From Candidatus Methylomirabilia bacterium (GTDB lineage Bacteria > Methylomirabilota > Methylomirabilia > Rokubacteriales > CSP1-6), in NCBI GenBank assembly GCA_046758965.1, contig JBHIBG010000055.1, forward strand, positions 1-17,740: a stretch of DNA of 17,740 bases, given 5' to 3'. The notes under the pieces are model-generated. The model was not told the DNA's origin, did no database searches, and saw only the letters and a program-made list of their open reading frames with translations. The stretch's first letter is position 1. Every line of letters begins with the position of its first letter. A program made the translations under genes and the position numbers. This document shows, piece after piece, positions 1 to 7,606 of this stretch.

Positions 1-105
1 CTAAACATAGGCACCCACGCCCTCGGGCTACGAGGTCGGGGTCGCCTGCCCCTGTGGCGTGGTGTTTGATGCGAGCCTGACCCCTTTGCCACGCCCCCGT
101 CGGGG

Positions 106-1227
106 CTAATAGACCTCCATGGTCTCCGCGCCAGCGCTCTCCTCCTTCGGCCGCCAGCGGAGGAGGTATCGCTCAAGGCGGTTCACCGCGGCGTTCGCGA
201 TGAGGACGACGAACATGAGCATGATGAGGCCCGCGAAGGAGCCCGCGATGTTGAACAAGTTGCTGGCGTGCTGGATCATGAAGCCGAGCCCCCGGCTTGC
301 GGCCATGAACTCGCCCAGGATGGCCCCGATGATGGCGAAGGGCACGCTGATCTTGAGTCCGGTCAGGATCCAGGGGATGGAGGCCGGCAGGGTAACCTTC
401 CAGAGGAGCTGCATCTCGTTGGCGCCCATGACGCGAGCCAGGTTCTTGAGGCCCGGGTCCACCCCGCGAAGGCCGGCATAGGTGTTCATGAAGGTGAGGA
501 ACAGCACGAGGCTGACGGCGAGGACCACCTTCGACTCCACCCCGATGCCGAACCAGATGATCAGGATAGGCGCCATCGCCACGCGCGGGATGCCGTTCAC
601 CGCGACGATGAAGGGATCAACGATCCGGGCAAGCGTCTCCAGGCGCGCCAGGACGAAGCCGAGGCCGATTCCGAGGAGCGCCCCGATGACGTAGCCGAGG
701 AGGGCCTCCCAAATCGTGGTCAGGGTGTCGATGAAGAGTGTGCCCTTGGTCGCCACATCTACCAGATAGCTGACGATGCGCCCTGGCGAGCTGAACCAGA
801 AGGGATCCACGCAGAGCCATCTCTTGGGCCCGAGCTCCCAGGCGCTCGCCTCCCACATGGCCAGGAAGCTGCCCGCAAAGGACACCTGATAGGCAAGCAT
901 CCTGAGCCGCGGGCTCTTGATAAAGCGGCCGGGGCGCGTGAACGCCACGTCCACGAACGCCATCGCGTGGAAGAACATGCCCGTCGCCGAGCAGAGCCAG
1001 TAGCCGAACGCCGCGAATGGCAGCAGGAGGCTGCCCTTCAGGTACTCCCCCCGCAGGAGCTGAGCAACGCCGGGCAGGGGGATCGTGAGCAGAATGGCCG
1101 TGGCTCGCGAGAGGGCGCGCGACGTGGGGCCGTCCGCCGCGCCGCGGTCCGGCTCAAGCGCTTCTGGCTCTTTCGCCTGTCTCATCGCAGGATTCCTCCC
1201 ACTGCGGTCAGATACCTTCTCAGGCAC
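106..1227 (-). CDS. NitT/TauT (SsuC/TauC-like) ABC transporter permease with an N-terminal membrane extension
   Basis: Multiple TM segments, family-typical 'FWFSSPGRI' and 'NGIPRVAMAPILIIWFGIG', EAA loop 'LARVMGANEMQLLWKVTLP', and 'GEFMAASRGLG'. The GTG start overlaps the ATPase stop (GTGCCTGA). The start position is less certain than the rest. Confidence 0.92.
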   Translation of the reverse strand: MPEKVSDRSGRNPAMRQAKEPEALEPDRGAADGPTSRALSRATAILLTIPLPGVAQLLRGEYLKGSLLLPFAAFGYWLCSATGMFFHAMAFVDVAFTRPGRFIKSPRLRMLAYQVSFAGSFLAMWEASAWELGPKRWLCVDPFWFSSPGRIVSYLVDVATKGTLFIDTLTTIWEALLGYVIGALLGIGLGFVLARLETLARIVDPFIVAVNGIPRVAMAPILIIWFGIGVESKVVLAVSLVLFLTFMNTYAGLRGVDPGLKNLARVMGANEMQLLWKVTLPASIPWILTGLKISVPFAIIGAILGEFMAASRGLGFMIQHASNLFNIAGSFAGLIMLMFVVLIANAAVNRLERYLLRWRPKEESAGAETMEVY

Positions 1228-2023
1228 CGGCTACGTCCTGCAGCCATTCCTCACTGCGCTGGACTTCCTCGCGGAGCTCTCCCCAGAGCTTGTCATAGGC
1301 AGCGCGGAAGGCCTCCTCGCTGTGGATGTGGAACACATCGCGCGGGCGCGGGATGTCGATCCGGCTGACGCTCTTGACGGTGCCCGGGCGGCTCGTCATG
1401 ACCACGACACGGTCGGCCAAGGCGATGGCCTCGGTAAGGTCGTGCGTGATGAAGATGACCGTCTTGCGGGCCTCCTCCCAGAGCCGCAGGAGCTGGTCCT
1501 GAAGGATGATCCGGGTCTGGGCGTCGAGCGGCCCGAAGGGCTCGTCCATGAGGATGACTTGGGGGTCATAGATCAGCGTGCGGATGATGTTGGCCCGCTG
1601 GCGCATCCCGCCGGAGAGCTCGTACGGGTAGTGGTCCTCGAAGCCGGCGAGCCCTACGCGCCGGATGTACTCGCGGGCCTTGGCGTAGCGCTCCTCCTTG
1701 CCGTACCCACGGACCTCCAGGGGAAAGGCGACGTTGTTCAGAAGAGTCCGCCAGGCGTAGAGGTAGTCCGACTGGGGGACATAGCCGATCTCGGTGTTGA
1801 TCCCCCGGAGCCCCCTGCCTCGGTAGGTGATGACGCCCGAAGTCGGTTGGACGAGGCCCACGATCGAGTTGAGGAGCGTGGACTTCCCGCAGCCGCTCGG
1901 CCCCACGATGGTGACGAACTCTCCCTCCTCGACGTCGAGGGTGAGCGCCTCGACGGCAACGACCCGATTGCCGCGGGAGACGAACTCCTTGTGGAGGCTG
2001 CGGATGGAGAGAATGGGTGGCAT
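1220..2023 (-). CDS. NitT/TauT-family ABC transporter ATP-binding protein
   Basis: Walker A GPSGCGKS, signature LSGGMRQR, Walker B ILMDEPF, H-loop FITHD and the 'LADRVVVMTSRPG' tail. Start trimmed to ATG 2023 (MPPILSI), which has GGAG upstream. Confidence 0.95.
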   Translation of the reverse strand: MPPILSIRSLHKEFVSRGNRVVAVEALTLDVEEGEFVTIVGPSGCGKSTLLNSIVGLVQPTSGVITYRGRGLRGINTEIGYVPQSDYLYAWRTLLNNVAFPLEVRGYGKEERYAKAREYIRRVGLAGFEDHYPYELSGGMRQRANIIRTLIYDPQVILMDEPFGPLDAQTRIILQDQLLRLWEEARKTVIFITHDLTEAIALADRVVVMTSRPGTVKSVSRIDIPRPRDVFHIHSEEAFRAAYDKLWGELREEVQRSEEWLQDVAGA

Positions 2024-2099
2024 GAAGCAAGGTTCTCCATTAACCGAAAAGGGGCCCTGCCCGGGCATACCCCGTGAGCTGAACCAAAAGCGACACGAC

Positions 2100-2132
2100 G
2101 GCCTCCCCGGCCGACGGTGCAGCCGGGGGGCC
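2100..2132 (-). other. GC-rich intergenic stem-loop just after the binding-protein stop (possible mRNA-stabilising or attenuating hairpin)
   Basis: GGCCTCCCCGGC (2100-2111) pairs with GCCGGGGGGCC (2122-2132) with one bulge. There is no strong U-tract. Confidence 0.35.
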
Positions 2133-2146
2133 ATCGGCTCCGCCCC

Positions 2147-3190
2147 CTAGCGGGGCAGAAAGGCGTCGGAAACGAGCACGCTTCGCGCGAACGGCTTCTT
2201 GAGCTTGCCGGCCGCGATCAGCAGATTCTGCGTGATATCGACCGCCCGCTGGGTGATCTTCCCATCGAGCGACACGGCCGTCTTCACTGCCCCGATGCTG
2301 GTCCGCAGGAGGCGCGGATCTGTCTTGGCGAAGTAGATCTGGATCCTCTCTCGGATCTCCTCGGCCGAGTGCTCGGCGATCCACCTGTTCGCCCGCAGGA
2401 GCGCCCGAACCACCTTCCGGACGGTCTCGGGGTTCTTCTCGGCGTAGCCGGGCCGTACCAGGAGGACCTCCATCATGAACTCATCCATGTCCGGATCCTG
2501 GCCCGCCGAGTTCGTGATGAACGGAATGGCCTTGCCGCGGAAGACCGCCGTCTCCGGCACCGGGATGGTCTGGATGGCAACATCGATCTTGCCTCGCTCC
2601 AGCGCGGCGACGAGGACGGGACCCGCGCCGGCTCCGATGAGCTTGACCTCCTGCTGCGGGGTGTAGCCGGCCTTGCGGATCCAGTACTCGCCCTGGTTGT
2701 AGGTCAGGGCACCCGGACGGGTCGCCCCCAACGTGAGGCCCTTCATCTTCTTGAGCTTCTCCTTGAAGGGCGTCGCCGCGGTGATGCCGAGCCGCTCGGC
2801 CACGTCCTTGCGGATGGCGGAGTTGACGATGCTGCGCTTCAGAGCGCTCATCACCGCGATGAGCTCACCGCCCGCCTTGACGGCGTTGATCTGATAGGTG
2901 CCCGCCGCGATCGAGAACTCCACCCGCCCGGCAAGGTTAGCCTTGATGTCCGGCCCGCCGCCCCGCGTGGAGATGACCTCGACGGCCAGGTCCTCGTCGG
3001 CGAAGTACCCGTTGGCGCGGGCCACGTAGTTAGCGACGAAGGCCAGGCTCTCGACCGCTTGGGTGATGATCACCTTCGTAACCGCCGCCTCCGGGCGGCC
3101 CGCCGGGGCGAAGACAAGCCCCATCGCGAGCGTAAACCCGAACGCTGCGACGAGCAGTGGATGTCGTCCCAACCTCTTTCTCTCACGCAT
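2147..3190 (-). CDS. ABC transporter substrate-binding protein, SsuA/THI5/NMT1-like
   Basis: Basic N-region plus hydrophobic signal peptide ending near PEA-A. Motifs 'YVARANGYFADEDLAVE', 'MKGLTLGATRPGA' and 'ALERGKIDVA'. ATG 3190 is preceded by GGAGGGAG. Confidence 0.93.
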   Translation of the reverse strand: MRERKRLGRHPLLVAAFGFTLAMGLVFAPAGRPEAAVTKVIITQAVESLAFVANYVARANGYFADEDLAVEVISTRGGGPDIKANLAGRVEFSIAAGTYQINAVKAGGELIAVMSALKRSIVNSAIRKDVAERLGITAATPFKEKLKKMKGLTLGATRPGALTYNQGEYWIRKAGYTPQQEVKLIGAGAGPVLVAALERGKIDVAIQTIPVPETAVFRGKAIPFITNSAGQDPDMDEFMMEVLLVRPGYAEKNPETVRKVVRALLRANRWIAEHSAEEIRERIQIYFAKTDPRLLRTSIGAVKTAVSLDGKITQRAVDITQNLLIAAGKLKKPFARSVLVSDAFLPR

Positions 3191-3348
3191 GATAGCTCCC
3201 TCCCTCTCCGGATGGTGCGAACTGAGCCGCACTGGGTTCTCCCTCTGCCTCGGGAACGACTTACCTCCTTTCCCGCGAACCCCCTCGCATCGCTGGCAGC
3301 TGGCCGCCACCTTCGGTTGGCTGACGCCTGAGACCGTGACCCGCGAAG

Positions 3349-3873
3349 TCAGGAGCGCACGAGCGACAGCGGCTGGCCGTTCAACGTCGTGGTCCCGCTG
3401 ACGGCGACGGGCTTCTGGAGGGCCTGCAGGACGAAGCAGCCCCGCGCGGCGTTCCTCACAACGCGTCCCACCTGGTCCGCTGGGGCAGCCGATCGTAGCT
3501 CAAGCGTAGTCTCGGCTCCGAGCATGTTCGCCTCGACGGTGTCGCTGAGCACGGAGCCGTCCACGCGGTAGCGCGAGACCACACGCATCCGCATGCCGTC
3601 GATCGGGACCTTCAGCATGTGCCCGTACCGGGCCACCTGGGTCATCATTCAGAAGGCGATGGCTGCACCGAAGTACATCAGGGGGGTTGGCGCCGAACCC
3701 AGGCTACCGAGGGTGGGGCCCTCGTCCGATACGAAAGTCATGTGCCCCTGCCCGTCGCGGCTCACCGTCGCGACCTTCAGGAAGGGCGTGACCGAGAGCG
3801 CCTCAGCCTCAAAGACCAACTCCCGGGTCCCGACAGTTGGATCGAGCCCCTCTGGTGTCGCCGCTGCTGTCAA
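3349..3873 (-). CDS. OsmC/Ohr-family protein with in-frame TGA (3649-3651), probable selenoprotein (about 174 aa, Sec75/Cys146)
   Basis: Track ORFs 3649..4068 and 3349..3648 abut in one frame. Joined they read 'SDEGPTLGSLGSAPTPLMYFGAAIAF-[TGA]-MMTQVARY...AARGCFVLQALQKPV', which matches the OsmC pattern D-E-P...G...P-x-P...A-x-A-x-C and the second-Cys motif. TTG start at 3873 follows the SD AGGAGGAGG. Confidence 0.85.
3607..3643 (-). promoter_or_regulatory. Candidate bacterial SECIS hairpin
   Basis: The mRNA after UGA folds as GACC/GGUC, CAG/CUG, GUG/CAC and CCC/GGG, with apical loop GGUAC beginning 19 nt after the UGA. Confidence 0.7.
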
Positions 3874-3953
3874 GTCCACCTCCTCCTGTCCGGCCCGCCC
3901 TGGCACCGCCCTGGGCGCAGCTTCCCCCAACCTAACCAACCCCGCGCCCCGGA

Positions 3954-3983
3954 ACCCTACCAGGCACCGTCCACACTTGTCAA
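3954..3983 (-). promoter_or_regulatory. Sigma70-type promoter upstream of the OsmC-like gene
   Basis: Perfect TTGACA (3983-3978), 18-nt spacer ending in TGG (extended -10), then TAGGGT (3959-3954). It lies about 80 nt before the TTG start. Confidence 0.6.
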
Positions 3984-4282
3984 GACGGCCCGCCGGAGCG
4001 CCTACCAGGTCTCCTCCGCCATGAGCGGCATGAAGAACGGTGCGTTCTGCCGGCTCGCCCCGCAGCACGCTCCGGTCGGAGCCGGTCGCCTCGCCGCTGC
4101 CGTTGTGAAACCGGTCGCCATCACGAAGGGCGCCATACCTTTCGCGTACTCCCCTTCCAAGAAGGAAGCAGGGAATCGGGGGGACGGCAGCGGGCCACCT
4201 CCCGACCTCGCGTGAGGGCCTTTAGGTTCCTATGCCCGCCCTTGCGCAAGAGCTGAGAAGGTTCTTTATGCTGCCTCCGCTC

Positions 4283-4357
4283 AGAGGACCGGCAGCCGCC
4301 CGCGCGGGTTCGGCCGTGAGCGGGACCGGGGGACCGGCGGAGGAGGGCTTTGATCCT
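4283..4357. repeat. Imperfect 75-bp direct repeat, copy 1
   Basis: agaggaccggcagccgcccgcgcgggttcgg...gggaccggcggaggagggctttgatcct is 65/75 identical (ungapped, hand count) to 6983-7057. Confidence 0.85.
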
Positions 4358-4537
4358 TCCTAGGCCCTTGTAATCGGGCTGCCAGCCGTGACGGACGAGG
4401 GCGGCGAGGATCCGGCGGATCTTGAAGCGCCAACTCGCCACGCTGGCAGGCCGCAGTGGGCGGGCGGGGCCGGTGTCGCTCAGGGGGTCGACATGGGTAA
4501 GCCGGGCATGTCAGGCGCACATGTCCGTCAGAAGGGA

Positions 4538-5587
4538 TTACCTGCGCGTGCACGTATACGGCCAAACGATTTTCGTATTGGCGGGAAATGCCTCGCCGTC
4601 GTCAAGCATGTAAGAAATCGGAACCTGTTTTTCCTCCTCCGGCAGCGCCTTCATTGCATAAGAGTCCAGGGGAAGCTTTTTCCGAAAAAGCGCGACGGGG
4701 TCCATCCAATGACCATTCACTGGGATTATCTTACGGCGAAGCGCGACGTACAGCTCGCTGGTGCTGTAAAATACGCCGAAATGAATGGCAGGCCGGCGTT
4801 TCCTGCTCTGTATGCCCGTTCTTACGTTGATCCCCGTATTCCCCGTCGGGCCAAGAATCTCGCCCATGCGCACGCGTTGGCCTACAGCCAGTGTCGGCAT
4901 CTCATCGAAGTGGGTGTACTGGGTATAGATCCAAAGCGGAATCCCGGTATCTTCAGGGCTGTGACGTAGGACGATTTCAATACCGCGAGGGGTATTTTCA
5001 CCGAGGAATTTGCCCACAACTGTCCCTGCGGCTGCCGCGATAATGGGGGTTCCCCACGGCGCGGGCATGTCGATGCCGCCATGGTAGGATTCCCTATTGC
5101 GCTTGTGTGTATACGATATGGCATATTCTTCGTCTATGTCGTGGCATATCACGTTCTCGGGAAAGCGGGGTCTCAACCCTGTTTCGAAGAGCCCTCGTGC
5201 AATGGCGTGTTTCATATCGCACGTCCACCCACGCCCAATAGCACAGAGGGTAACCCGGTCGAGAGCGGCCCTCGTCGTGCGGCCTCCGCCTGTTTCGGGG
5301 CTCCGTTTCGGCGACGCCTTTAAACCCTCTTTCGCTGGGCCGCTGAAGTGGACGCGTAATTCCTCAAGGGACAGATAACCATCCTTGTCTGTGTCAATTA
5401 TTTTGAAAACGGCTGGTCGCTTGCGCCATTCGTCACGGCTAATTTTCCCGTCGTCGTCTTTGTCATTTTCCTTTATTGCCCGTGATGCGCGATACTGGAC
5501 TTGAGAAAGGCCAGGTGAACCGCTGCAGGCAGCAAGGATTACAATGCCCGATAGCAACATGAACAAAGCGGTTTGCGTATTTTTCAT
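4538..5587 (-). CDS. Lipoprotein with an EF-hand pair and a C-terminal M23 (LytM-like) peptidase domain
   Basis: Signal peptide with lipobox LAA-C21, two EF loops (DKDDDGKISRDE, DTDKDGYLSLEE), and M23 motifs HGGID, 'GTPIIAAAAGTV', YTH, 'VGQRVRMGEILG' and 'IHFGV'. The 676-aa track ORF is trimmed to ATG 5587. Confidence 0.85.
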   Translation of the reverse strand: MKNTQTALFMLLSGIVILAACSGSPGLSQVQYRASRAIKENDKDDDGKISRDEWRKRPAVFKIIDTDKDGYLSLEELRVHFSGPAKEGLKASPKRSPETGGGRTTRAALDRVTLCAIGRGWTCDMKHAIARGLFETGLRPRFPENVICHDIDEEYAISYTHKRNRESYHGGIDMPAPWGTPIIAAAAGTVVGKFLGENTPRGIEIVLRHSPEDTGIPLWIYTQYTHFDEMPTLAVGQRVRMGEILGPTGNTGINVRTGIQSRKRRPAIHFGVFYSTSELYVALRRKIIPVNGHWMDPVALFRKKLPLDSYAMKALPEEEKQVPISYMLDDGEAFPANTKIVWPYTCTRR

Positions 5588-5854
5588 GTTCAATTCCACT
5601 CCAACATTTCTAAACTTGTAACAGAACCGAATTATTCTTATTCTCTGTTCTTGAACATGGTTTTGGTCGTAGTTTACTCCAGCCTTTTTCAAGGGAGTGC
5701 GGTTTTTGTGTTTAATGGACCAAGCTGACCTGGCTTGGCAATTCTTGGAGACGGCTTGGCCACCAAATCTCTCGGGAAAAGACGCCTGGCTCAGTGAATT
5801 TCGCGCTGTACCCTGTGCTGATTCCCAACTTCCACTGCGCTCTGGAGGAGCGAG

Positions 5855-6748
5855 GTGCCGGACGATAAGCGCTGGACCCGCCTGCTGACTATCGGCGAGG
5901 GGTTGCTGGTGAGCGGCATCTGGGCCTCCTCCTTCGTCATCATCAAGGTCGGGCTGGCTCACGCGCCGCCGTTGACCCTGGCGGGCCTGCGCTATTTCGC
6001 CGCCTTCCTGCTCCTGCTTCCGTGGATGGCATTCGGCGGAGGGCTCACCCGAAACCCGGCCCGGGGCCACTGGGGCCGCCTGTTCCTGATGGGGGTGTGC
6101 GCCTACCCGTTGAGCAACGGGGCGCTCTTCTGGGGGCTCCAGTACGTGCCGGCCACCACCGGCGCGTTCCTCTTCAGCCTGCTTCCGCTGCCGAGCCTGT
6201 TTATCGCTCTGGCCTGGCTGCGCGAGGTCCCCTCCCGGCTCCAGCTCATCGGGCTCGCAGTCGCGCTGGTGGGAAGCGCCCTCTTCTTTGCGCCGGGCCT
6301 GAGCGCCGGGCATCCCCTGGCACTGGCGGTGATCAGCTTCGGCGTCCTGGCGTTCGGCCTTTTCGTCGTGCTCAGCCGCTCCCTGGCCCGCGATCGGCTG
6401 GTGCCCACGCTGCCGTTGACTGCCCTCCCGTTGGGATTCGGAGGGGGGTTGCTCCTCGTCATCGCGCTCCCGCTCGAGGGCGCGGCCTCCCCCTCGCTCC
6501 AAGGCTGGGTGGCCGTCCTCTGGCTGGCCCTGGTCAACACAGCCCTCGCCTATTTCCTCTACAACCATTGCCTCCGGATCGTCACCGCCCTGGAGCTAAA
6601 CGTGCTGCTGGGCCTGTCTCCGCTGGGGACGGCGCTCTTGGCGAGCCTGCTCCTCGGGGAACGGGTGGCCGCGCTGCAGGTGATCGGCCTGGTCGTCGCG
6701 ATCCTGGGGGTCCTTCTGGTCCAGTGGAGGTCCGCCTCGTCTGTCTGA
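5855..6748 (+). CDS. EamA/DMT-family transporter
   Basis: About 10 TM helices in two repeats. Motifs 'IWASSFVIIKVGL..APPLTLAGLRY', 'NTALAYFLYN' and 'LLLGER'. SD GGAGGAG precedes the GTG. Confidence 0.93.
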   Translation: MPDDKRWTRLLTIGEGLLVSGIWASSFVIIKVGLAHAPPLTLAGLRYFAAFLLLLPWMAFGGGLTRNPARGHWGRLFLMGVCAYPLSNGALFWGLQYVPATTGAFLFSLLPLPSLFIALAWLREVPSRLQLIGLAVALVGSALFFAPGLSAGHPLALAVISFGVLAFGLFVVLSRSLARDRLVPTLPLTALPLGFGGGLLLVIALPLEGAASPSLQGWVAVLWLALVNTALAYFLYNHCLRIVTALELNVLLGLSPLGTALLASLLLGERVAALQVIGLVVAILGVLLVQWRSASSV

Positions 6749-6982
6749 GCGTGCCTGTGCGGGCGCGGGAGCGATGGTCGAGCGCCTGTCCCGGGAGAGT
6801 AGGCGGGTTGCTCTGCTGAGCTGACTTGAGCCGATTGCATTATGGCATCCTCCCAGGCGGCGATCGTAACGTGAGATCCGAGCGGGTGAGCAGACCTCAC
6901 GGCCCTTGCCGACGCAGATCCCGGGCCGGCTATGCCTAGCATCAGCCATGCTCCTGGAGGGGTGCCTGACGCCGGGAGGGGT

Positions 6983-7057
6983 AGAGGCCCGGCAGCCGCC
7001 CGAGCGGGTTCGGGTCGCGGCGGGACCGAGGGACCGGCGGAGGAGGGCTTTTATCCT
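6983..7057. repeat. Imperfect 75-bp direct repeat, copy 2
   Basis: Same orientation as 4283-4357, offset exactly 2700 bp. Confidence 0.85.
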
Positions 7058-7199
7058 GCTTATCCTGCCCCTTATACCCTCGCCCGTCGGGTGGAGCGGA
7101 TCGGCGTCATGCCGGGTGAAACGAAGGCGGCGCCGAAGTCGATCGCGGCCGGCCACGGCCGACGAGCGCGGCCGTCACGGCTGAAGCCGCGTCACGCCC

Positions 7200-7568
7200 T
7201 CAGGCCGTCCGGTTCTTGAAGAAGGACGACTTCACGGCGATCTTGCCGTTCCGGAAGGTGAAGAGGTCGCAGCCCTGAACCTCGACGCGCTTGCCGTCGG
7301 CGCCGGTGCCCGTGAAGACCCACTCCGAGCAGCCCCGGTCGCCGGCGACGAAGTGCCGCGCCCGGCCGAAGTGGGCGTCGGGGAACATCTTGAACACGCG
7401 CGCGAACGCCTCGCGCACCTGCTCCCGCCCCGCGTAGCGCTTGCCGCACACCTCCGGGCCGGCCGTCGTCTCGAAGACGCAGTCATCGGTCATGAACGTC
7501 ATCAGGCCGTCGACGTCGTGCCGGTTCCACCCCTCCGTGAATCGCTCGAGGAACTCGATGGTCGGCAT
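7200..7568 (-). CDS. SnoaL-like / NTF2-family protein
   Basis: Motifs 'FTEGWNRHDVDGLMTFMTDDCVF', 'GREQVR', 'GDRGCSEW' and 'GCDLFTFRNGKI'. Purine-rich SD upstream. Confidence 0.9.
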   Translation of the reverse strand: MPTIEFLERFTEGWNRHDVDGLMTFMTDDCVFETTAGPEVCGKRYAGREQVREAFARVFKMFPDAHFGRARHFVAGDRGCSEWVFTGTGADGKRVEVQGCDLFTFRNGKIAVKSSFFKNRTA

Positions 7569-7606
7569 CTCCTCACCTCCGTCTGTGTGGGGATCTCAAG
7601 CCCGAA

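Noticed and set aside
1..105. Possible next gene starting at ATG 8 on the minus strand
   Set aside because: Only two codons are in the window and there is no convincing SD, so it cannot be supported.
3320..3355. TPP-riboswitch-like 'CTGAGA...ACCC...GAA' near a THI5-like binding protein
   Set aside because: It is on the wrong strand for the operon and lacks the CCUGAU and downstream core.
3349..3873. Reading the OsmC-like locus as a nonsense pseudogene, or as genome-wide UGA reassignment
   Set aside because: The only lesion is a TGA at the catalytic Cys column with a SECIS-like hairpin. Other genes here (EamA, SnoaL, LLM, tctB) end normally at TGA.
3874..4068. N-terminal 65 codons of track ORF 3649..4068
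   Set aside because: It spans the predicted promoter and has low-complexity composition. The strong SD points to TTG 3873.
4160..4200. Cobalamin-riboswitch-like 'AGGGAAT...GCCAC'
   Set aside because: The CGGTG/AATCCG and GCAACTGT core elements are absent.
5588..6568. 676-aa ORF suggesting a long N-terminal fusion to the M23 protein
   Set aside because: The extension is the antisense shadow of the EamA gene plus the AT-rich spacer. The lipoprotein signal peptide starts at 5587.
7040..7160. SGNH-hydrolase-like 'DPLHPTGEG' in minus-strand ORF 6596..7156
   Set aside because: It is an isolated short motif with no other SGNH blocks and it overlaps the repeat, so it is probably chance.
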